A stretch of DNA of 64,000 bases, from the NCBI GenBank assembly GCA_000320545.1, contig ADNK01000828.1, positions 62,001-126,000 on the forward strand, written 5' to 3'. The position numbers and the translations under genes were made by a program. Each line of letters begins with the position of its first letter. The first letter of the stretch is position 1. Origin of the DNA: Bigelowiella natans CCMP2755 (lineage: Eukaryota; Protista; Cercozoa). The notes under the pieces were generated by a model. That model was not told where the DNA came from and made no database searches. It saw only the letters and a list, made by a program, of their open reading frames with translations. Shown piece by piece: positions 55,031 through 64,000 of this stretch.

Positions 55031-56005
55031 GGGGGGGGAGGGGGGGGGGGGATACAACATACCTGCATATTTGTACCAGCTGCGAACTGATATCGCACCC
55101 AATTACTAGTCCTACAAAGTGTAAAGCAACATTTATTTGGAGGGAGTTATCTTCCAAGTTCCAGCATCGGGCGTATCTATCGACCATTGTTGTGGTGCAT
55201 ATATTTTCCGTTTCCGCAACCAAGATCTGCAATGAGAGGGGATGGGGCATTGGATCTGCATACTGAAACGATGAAATCGTCTACACGTGGCCAACCCTTG
55301 TACCTACAATACCACGTATTAATAATTCCCCGCTCATCGCAACATCTTTATTACCGTGTACGGTCCCATTGTGGTGCTATGGCATCATACCTACGATTGA
55401 TTTAAAGATATCTTATCGAAAGGTACGTATACTCACATATTTCGCATTTTTAACGTACAATTTGTGCACATGTCGAATTTCGAGTTTGGGGCACGCTAAT
55501 TCGTCATACAAATTCTCGGCAGGAAGCTCCTTCACCTCAGTAGCCTAAACGTTGAAGCAACCAAAACAATCCATGGATATTATAGTTGTGCGTAGACATG
55601 CAAATGAAGTTTAGAAAATTCGTTTTAATGACGCATCTGTTTGATGTACGCGTCGACGTCACTGTGAAGTTTATTGCTGTTTAGAGCAACCAACCACGTT
55701 TGACTTCCGGGATTCCTTTTTCTTCTGTTCCTCAACACGTCTGGTCTGATTTCATACACGAAATTTCAAATCGTAGTCCGGGAAATATGTATGAACAGTC
55801 TCCTTTTTCGTAGAAGGACTTACCTCCAACGCCTGGACAACTCGAACGACTTTCTGAGTCTCACGCTCCAACGACTGAAACAATCCTAAATATTTGAAAT
55901 GCAGTTGATTCTGACAACAACTTCCACGTCTTGATTGCTTTTCCGATGGAAATAATCCGGATAACCTGTGAGCTGTCGCAGGCAACGTCCCCATGGATCT
56001 TTCAT
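53725..56005 (-). CDS. TRM9: TRM9/ALKBH8-type tRNA wobble-uridine methyltransferase
   Basis: YDAIAPQWDRTR, WPRV, ADLGCGNGKY, IGCDIS, VGDALNAPYR, SISIAVLHHLST, RVLRPGGRGLVYAWAFEQ, DVFVPF, YCHVYKRGEL and YYDMSNW. The 5' end is approximate. Confidence 0.85.
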
Positions 56006-56479
56006 AGAGGGGAGGTTCGCTGATGCCTGCTCATGTCAGGAGAAGAAATAGCTTTTTCTACACAGCGACAACATAATACGTTGTCGCTCTGCCAATTTGT
56101 CCCTGCTTTTGGACAATGATGAAAGAATATTTTGGTTTAAAGCTGGGTATTCGCCAAGGCCGGGGAATCCCGGGTGGAATTGCCTACCGAAAAAATAAAT
56201 GCATGTACCAAATACTCATACTGTACAACAACGGCTAGTCTATCCAAACTGGTCAATGTTGTGATGTACCTTCCTCTTTCTCCTGAAACTGGTGATTTCG
56301 CATGTCGCAATACTGAAATCATATTGATTGCTCATTGAAAGACACAGAAGAGACGCTCAAACTTTGTCGGTCAGAAGTAAGTCCAGGAAGTCTCACATTT
56401 TCCCCAGGCCCCAGCTCACAAGCGCTGCTTGCTCAGAACGATGGAAGACTTAACATCCATCGGAACTCCATCAACGAGA

Positions 56480-59400
56480 GCCGAAAATGCAATTGCAGAT
56501 TTGGAGAATATGGGTATATCTGTTATCACATCAATTTGATACTGCAAGTAATCAGTTGTTTCTATCATTTCAGACCGAGAGGTTTGGAATGCTTATGATA
56601 GTCTCTTGTCACCAGTCCTCAGTCTGTTCAGTGGTGTTCCAAAAAAAAGTAAGCCAAAAAAAGCACTAGATGATAAGGTGCCAAGGAAAAGCGAGAATTG
56701 CGTTTTGGGGGTGAAGGATGTAAACGCGCCTACATCTGTAGACAAGAAGAAACAGGTTGTAATCAATGCAACGATGATAACAATCAGTGCACTTTATCTG
56801 AGGTAAGATTTTAGCAGGAAATTGCACATCTTCGTGGAAGTTTGGAATCTGCTCTGAAATCAAAAATGGAATCTGAATCAGAAATACAAGACGTGAGTAC
56901 AGAATAAATGTTTGTTTATTTTCGTTTGTAATCTCTTCTTTTCAACAGCTGAAGTATCAACTGAAAGTGGTTGAGATAAAGCTCAAGGATAGTGAGGAAA
57001 ATGAAGCACTAAAAGATCTACGGGAAGCCAATGCGGAGCTTTTAAAAGAAAAAGACAATCTTGAAAAGGTTGATACTGTCACCGCGATTATTGATATTCA
57101 ATTACTGTAGTAAACCTGTTAAACGTCAAAATAATTCAGGAAAATAAGGACCTCTCTGAAAGATGCTCGGAGACTAATGCTCTACTCGCGAAATTAGATG
57201 AAGCTAATGAAGCTAAGACATTGCTTGAGAATGAGGTTTTATAGAATTCTTAACTGCGTGAATGTTCCATTCCATGTTACTCTATCTTTTCCTTCTTCCT
57301 TTTTGTTTGTTCTAAGTGTATATTTTGAATATGGTTCAGTTAAACCAGGCAAAACAACTAGAACGCCAAAACTTTTGTCCTGAGGAGGATGTACTGAAAT
57401 TACAAACCAAATTTGACGTCATATCGAAAGAAAAGGACAAGCTACTGGATGAATTAAGTAAATTGAAGGAAAATTTTGAAAAGGTGAGTGAAGATGTTTG
57501 TCTTAGTGTATTTTTTAATGTAAAATAATTGATGCTAATATTTTTCACTAGGCTAAAAGTGAAATTGATCAACTTCAAGCTGATAAGAAGGAGGTCAAAC
57601 TCGAGGAAGCTTTGCTGCAGATTGAGAGCCTCAATCAAAAGATCATGGAGGTGTTCCATACACACGCAAACCCAAAACCAAACTATACTTCTACTTTCAA
57701 TCAATTTTATATTGACATTATAGAATATAAATGAATATTTTTCATCAATATCTCACCATATTTAGTCCGAAGCACTGTCTAAGACCAAGGAAGATGCAGT
57801 AGCTGAAGCAGAGAAAGAAATTGAGGATAAAAAGTATGTTTATGTTTTCGATTTGAAGTAATGATACCAATATCTACTTACATAATTAATGAAAATTTTG
57901 GTCTAAATAATAATTTACTGATCTATGATGCTCTTTGGTTAGAACGATCATATCTGACTTGTCATCACAAGTCACTAGTCTGAACAGGAAGATAGAAGAA
58001 TTCGAGAATATGAAGGTATTCGTTCATTTGAAAGAGAAAAGAAATACAACCTAAGTAAATCGCTAATTTCAGAGTCTTAATTCCGAGCTAACTGAAAGAG
58101 TAAATAAATTGGAAACGGATGCTCAAGATGCTGATCACATTAAGGAAGTTGAGAATTTGAAGAAGCAGCTTGCGTGCATGAAAGAGGAACTTTCTGCTAC
58201 CAAACTTGCTATGGAAGAAGTAGGTCGTCAAGCTGAAAGTGAAGCAACGAAACATGCTGAAGTATCCAAGAAACTAGAAACTGTACTACAGGATATGGAA
58301 AAGAGAAAGGAAGAAAGTAGTAAAAATGAATCTGACGAGAAAGCAAAGAAAGATTCTGAGGTTCAAACCGAAGCATGTTCTAAAGAGGACGATAATCAAC
58401 TTGAAGAGATGAAACAGAAATTGGGGCGTCAAAATGGTGAAATCGAGACACTTAAGAAGCAATTAGATGACGTAAAAGCATCACTCTCCGCCAAGGAACA
58501 ACTTGCCGATATGACAAGAATAGAGTTTGAAACTACAAAGACAATTGTAAAAAAATTGCAGGAGGAGAAAAAGCAGCTTGCGGAGAAAGTTGCAAAATTG
58601 GAGACTGCTTCTTCACAGGATGATAAGGATGTATCTGATTCTCCTAAATTTAAGGTACCAAAGTCTAGAAGAAGATTTACTGCACCTGCGATCACTACCA
58701 CAAATCCTCGTTCCGCCGCATCGTCAGTTTCACCTGCTCAAACTCCACGTGCGAGTGGTACCTGTCCCAAAAAAAAATCGGCATTTGCTTTTGCTTCTCC
58801 AATGACCCCAAAATCTAATTGCAAAAAATCAAAGAGGGCAAATGCTACATCGGAACTAAAGTCCAAAATACCAGCTCCTCGTTTTACTCCAAATGCTGTC
58901 ACGGCGCAGACATCTCAGCCTCTTCTACCACCTCTCAAGCTGGATAAAGCAACAGCACGAGCTCTCAAGGCAGAATTCTTGAAGCAAGCTGATATAATGA
59001 AACACGTGGAAAAGGACAGCGATTGGAACCAACGTATGAAGGCTATGGATGTGCTGAAAACACTTATTGTTGATAAAAGAGTCACTGAAACCAAAATGTG
59101 GAACACAAACTTAAAAAAAATATATAAGACAGTAATGACAATTCAGCTTCAAGATCTAAGATCTTCTATCATTAAGGCAGCTTGTAATCTTCTTGTTACG
59201 ACAGCAAAGGAAATGGGTGAGAGATTTACTGAGCTCTTGAAGTTTTTTATACCCAAGTTGATGAAGCTTCTTTACGTAACCATCAAAATTATATCTGTTA
59301 CTGGGTATGAGACAATGTCAAAAATGATTGCGACTGTAGGATCTCTCCAAGTTATCCCAACTTTGGTCGAACAAGCAACGCACGATAGTCATGCTCAAGT

Positions 59401-59782
59401 TCGGCACAGAGCCCTTGAGTTTATCGGAAGTATGATTGACTCGCACATGGCAAATGGATCTACTTCTTCCTCTCTATTGAGTTACAGGGAAGATACAAAA
59501 GCAACTATGCTAAAGTGTCTCGCAGATGCTGACACATCCGTCAGAGCTCAAGCGAGGAAACTTTTCGCTACATTTCGAGTTGTTTGGCCTGACATTGGAG
59601 CTGCATTGTTTGAAGAAATGGCCCCTGAAACTCAGCGTGCGATTAATCGAGATTCACGCTCAACCTCCGTCTCTAGGAAAAGGAAAAAAGGATTCAAACA
59701 AAAATCTGATAAGTGCAATTCTACATGGTCCTCAGGGATGCTGAGAAAATCTATATCATCCTTAAATAGAGGAAACAAATAG
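56480..59782 (+). CDS. long coiled-coil protein with C-terminal CLASP-N (TOG/HEAT) domain
   Basis: Coiled-coil exons, then DWNQRMKAM, LQDLRSSIIKAAC, FIPKLMKL, DSHAQVR and CLADADTSVRAQAR...WPD in ORF 58109-59782. Start uncertain. Confidence 0.8.
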
Positions 59783-60340
59783 TGCAGCTTACAAGAAATA
59801 ATATTTTTCGATTGTTTAATTCTTTAAGTAGCAATAAACATACTCGATCATGCCAGAATTGAACGCATTGTACAATAACCAGTTGGCAGAATTGATTTAA
59901 AATAGCAATAAAATTCTTCTGCTTTCAAGATCTAGACACCTGCTAAATATACAAACCTAATTGAAAATATCCATTTAGTATTTCATGCACACTCCGCACC
60001 GCTCGTACGTATCGTTTTTGAAAGATGGTATGAGTTGTTTAGATGCGACCGGCCATGCTTGGAGCTAAATGGTGTGCATGGACACATATGTGTTGAATGT
60101 CAGATAGCTGTGGTTGTGATGTGTACGAACATGAACGAGCGGCGTCACTCAATTTAGACAGGTTTACTACGCACTGCCTGCTAAATGAAATTCGATGAGC
60201 GGCGCATGCATGTGCAGCGTGGTGGTCGAGCGAGTTGCTGACGGGGCCGATGAGCTACTAACCTCTGGACTGTAGACTTAGCTAGCCTAGTGACATCATT
60301 GGTGCTTCGGCATGCCACAATGGACACTGTCATTGCTAGC

Positions 60341-60757
60341 CACAACTGTGTCAAATGTGTAACGAATGGCATGAATTTTCAATTGAGAGTCATTGAGCAC
60401 ACGTTTGTGTGTTTGTGTGCGCCCAGGTGTGTGCTTTTTGCGTGCGTGTGCTGAAACTTCGCACGTCCATGAAGCCAGTGTGCACACACCCTCGCATGAG
60501 CTTGCAAAACTTGTGGCACGCAAATGCAAATGCGCTAGCGTGTTCAAAAGTGGCAAGAATTTTTCAATTTTCGCCCGCTGGCAGGCGTTGAAGCGTGAGG
60601 TTTTCAAGCTGAAATTCGAAAAAAAAATCAAATTTGAACCTCAAACAGGCTCCAGTGTGCTTCCAATGTCCAATTGCAACGGTTGAGCGCGCCAGGCCGC
60701 ACGCGCAAAGCACAGTTTGTTCAAAACCCACTCGTCACCGGGATTGACACAGTTGTG
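60341..60757. mobile_element. MITE, probably Tc1/mariner-like
   Basis: Perfect 14-bp inverted repeat CACAACTGTGTCAA (60341-60354) / TTGACACAGTTGTG (60744-60757), with further imperfect match inside. The terminal CA/TG may be a mutated TA target duplication. Confidence 0.75.
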
Positions 60758-60853
60758 CCACAGCTAGCACAACACTGAACACTGGAACAGTCGTCCATGC
60801 ATCTCCACCACGATGGACACTGCATTGCATGTCCATCATTGCCAGTCCAGAAC

Positions 60854-61731
60854 TGGCGCTGGGCACAAATGCTTGAAAACAAGTGTGTTTGCAAACGTGT
60901 TTGAACAAACAAAATCAAATGCTTGTTTTCATGAGCTAGAGCAGTGTTTGAACAAACCAAACACGAGTTTGCAAGTGTTTGGCATTTGGAAATGATTTTC
61001 AAAAATGTTTGCATTTGTTTGAACCAAACCAAATCAAACGTGTTTGCAAACATTTTTGGAAATGTTTCAAGAAAATCACCAAAATGGAGCTTTTTGATGC
61101 GTCCAGCGTGGCCAATTGTTGCCGATGTTGCTAGCCAAATTTGAGATCGTCTGAGTTTGCGTTGTCGGTGAATTTCTGAAGAAAAATCACCCATTGAACT
61201 GCTTCAAAACGGCTTGTTTCGAAACTTTTCGTCTCATTTTTTTTCTCAGTTTTGGTCCCAAGCGAACGCCATTTGATGATCCTCGCAGATTGAATCTTTT
61301 CAATGGCAATGTGCATGCGCCATGATGCTGCATCTGCATGCGCATGATGTCCACAACAACCACGTCTGTGATGAGTTGTGAAGTTGTGTCTGTGCGATTG
61401 TTTGTTTCCTTTGCAAGTCACACGTTGCACAATGCATTCAAGTGCATTGCGATTTGGTCTGTCATGTCGTGCTTTGTCCGCAGCTGCGCGGGAACGTTTC
61501 AAATGTTTCAAATTGTTTGCAAATGATTTTCACAGGAAAACATTTGTGAACATTTTCCGCAAGGAAAATGTTTGCAAGTGTGTTTGCAAACACTTTTTCT
61601 TGTTCGAACATTGTTTGAACAAACCAAATGCTGGTTTCGCGACATGTGGGCATCACTTGTTCAAATCAAATGCTTGTTCAGAAAAAACAAAAGTGTTTCC
61701 AAACCAAAAAAATCATTTGTGCCCAGCTCTG
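60854..61731. mobile_element. non-autonomous hAT-like DNA transposon (878 bp)
   Basis: TIR core GCTGGGCACAAATG (60858-60871) / CATTTGTGCCCAGC (61714-61727). 8-bp TSD TCCAGAAC (60846-60853) / TCTAGAAC (61732-61739). Subterminal GTTTGCAAAC and GTTTGAACAAAC arrays. Confidence 0.85.
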
Positions 61732-62428
61732 TCTAGAACTAGAACGGTGCTGGCGCACACCACTGGACTAGCACAGCTACACCTGGACATGCTCTAGATG
61801 CCAGCATGTCAGATGACAGACATGCAATGCCATTTGGGATGACCATTGAACAAATTCAATTTGATTGATTGCATCCATCTTGCACGTCTAGCTCCAGAGC
61901 TAGCTGTGCTGGCACCGTCACAAGCGACCAATGCGATGTCTGGATGTGCCACGCTAGCATGATGCCCTCTAGCACTGCTCCCGTCAATCCATGCCAGCAT
62001 GCGCTCTGCTTTGTTTGCCATTTAGTCTAGCGCTAGCTAATCATGCTAGCTAGCTCTCTAACTTTGGCGGACGCCATTTTTCACACTCTACACATGCAGT
62101 CTAGCATCTGGCCTGCTAGGCTTCTGGCTATTTAGCTACACTAGTACATGCCAATCCTTTCTTCATGCTGTTCATGGTTAGTGGCATCGATAGCAACACA
62201 TGTCTGATGTGGTTGTGCGATAAGCGCACAATCGCAGCCGATCATGAGACGCATGCGTCAGCTAGCACACGATAGATGCGTTGTTACGCGCGCTGGAAAC
62301 TTGAAACAACTAGATAATGACGCTCTAATCTGATGTAGATTGCTATCGCGGCACACGTCAATAACATACATGCTTGTCGCAAAATACTATAACAAGTGCT
62401 ATCTTGCGGATGCTTAATTTAGTAAGAC

Positions 62429-64000
62429 TCATGCATTTGGCTGTATCCATTTTTCAATATCATTGCAATACCTTCCTTCTAGCATGTCTAGAATGAGGGG
62501 CTCGGCTTGGGTACGACCCATGAAGTTTGATAAACAATTTACCATGAATTCTTTGACTTTCGAGTTTCCTTCACTCAGTTTCGTTGAGGGTTTTGAGGAA
62601 TGCTTGGCTGAGAGCTGTTTCGCTAAATTTTGCAGCGATTCACTACCGAATATATTAAATACCTGTAGGGTCAAATGCCATCGGTTTTAGTCATAAGACT
62701 ACGGAATGGGTTTTTGGTCTTTCCATTGTAACATACCATCTCCTCTAAGTTTCGTCGAACCGTTAAAAGATGACGTTGATCTAGAGGTAGCTTTAAAGTG
62801 TCAAGCGATGCCTATAATGAAGAGACTAACCGTCAGGGCGGCAGTAGTAAAGAGGATTATATTTGCATCATTCTGGTCGCTGCTACCTACTACCTTTTGT
62901 TGCTTTGACCAGAAAGTAATAGAAATAGCAAGGGGATCAAGGTTGCGAAGATGGTGCCACCAGCCAACAGGAAGATACAGTAAATCTCCTGACAGTGGAG
63001 ATATAGGGAAGGAAGTTAGAACTTAATCATTAGTAGATAGTTTGCTCATACCTGGTTGGAGAACAGCATAATGTGGCCGTGCATGCCGATACAGCGGAAA
63101 CCGGTGAAGGTCTGGATTGTCAGGATTTACCATGGCCTTTGTTTGAACAAGTTTTTGTCATCGATACTACTGTCCGATCCACTCTCAAATGTTCTTCACC
63201 TGTCTATCACAGGCATGATTGCACGGAAAAGCGTACATTCCTTGCCAATCACCAGGAGGCCATAAATAGACTTCCTTGCGTCCGCGCATTTGTGCAAACA
63301 TGTTCTCCTGCTCGTCGTAATGGGCTGGGGTTGTGGCTCCTTGCATACCAATGAGTAGGATATTTCTATCTGGAGTTCCCCATCCATACTTCTGCACTAT
63401 TCTCAGCAACCAATTCCAATTCCAAGATGCAAATTCAGATGAAAACTCCGAATGTCCTGATAAACTATGAAAGAATTTCAAGCAGCACCATTGAATCAAG
63501 ACGTTGCAATGCATATATGATAATAACTAACATCCCTTAGAAACTAACCTTTCTTGTAAGTATAACAAACCGCTTCTTCCCTTTTTGTTTCCATCTTCAT
63601 CTATTGCTGGGCCCTCTTTCGTTGTTTCCTGGACACGTTGTAAAAACTCGCTAATGGTTATGCTCTTTTCAGATGTCGGTGCCTGAAGGAACAGTCCAGC
63701 TTTTTATGATAGATATATAATTGACACATTGGAAGAAGTACAACCTTAAAGACATAAGGCCCCGTATGCTGCTCTTTTTTCCAATACCTGTTGATATTCA
63801 AGAGCAGCAATAGCAGTAGCATCTACCTTAGATGACAGTATATCTGGTGCGACATTTGTTGCACACACAATACCTAAAGTATTGGCTAGGAGACTCATAC
63901 ACTGTGACTTTCTTTGCCGCAAGCATACTTTGAATATGGCCCGGAGTCCATTTCGATTCCTTCGACTCTCCTACATGTTACATTTTTTCTAATCTATTTG
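62429..64000 (-). CDS. FIH/HIF1AN-like JmjC (cupin_8) hydroxylase, 5' part beyond window
   Basis: NILLIGMQGATTPAHYDEQENMFAQMRGRK, YAFPCNHACDRQ, VNPDNPDLHRFP and LQPG|DLLYLPVGWWHH...ISITFW. Confidence 0.88.

Noticed and set aside
60181-62021. Many overlapping Cys/His-rich ORFs as genes or transposase
   Set aside because: Explained by absence of TAA/TAG in TA-depleted DNA. No DDE or other domain visible.
322-62040. CpG methylation-deamination or classical RIP as the cause of TG/CA-rich repeats
   Set aside because: CG remains frequent in the islands (e.g. CGCGCGCGC at about 1228) while TA is what is missing. RIP would increase TA. Not formally excluded without family alignments.
47213-64000. 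JmjC, DPH, TRM9 and FIH-like genes as a functional modification cluster responsible for TA loss
   Set aside because: Each fits a known protein- or tRNA-modifying family. No deaminase motif was seen, and eukaryotic neighbourhood alone is not evidence.

Overview
Eukaryotic nuclear DNA, roughly 40-45% GC by eye, gene-dense with many short GT-AG introns. Several proteins carry bipartite leaders (hydrophobic signal plus transit-like peptide), which suggests an alga with a secondary plastid. A chlorarachniophyte such as Bigelowiella is my inference, not verified. Recognisable genes: ATG5, a double-PC4 protein, YebC/TACO1, a tandem ubiquitin-like protein, plastid HDR/IspH, a KEEL-ending JmjC (cupin_4) protein, a DPH4/DPH3-like CSL-finger protein, a TRM9-like methyltransferase, a coiled-coil/CLASP-N protein, a FIH-like JmjC protein (partial), a TerB-like protein, a possible SecE-like protein, several hypothetical multi-exon genes and one 5S rRNA gene. 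The main observation is four repeat/transposon islands (about 0.3-1.55, 31.6-33.2, 41.0-42.2 and 60.3-62.0 kb) almost free of TpA while keeping CpG. Surviving TpA lies mostly in TAG/CTAG. Paralogous copies, inverted repeats and target-site duplications differ by reciprocal TG/CA (sometimes CG) at sites that reconstruct to TA. This points to a repeat-targeted TpA->TpG/CpA hypermutation, the mirror image of fungal RIP. Exon boundaries of hypothetical genes are approximate and all counts are manual.
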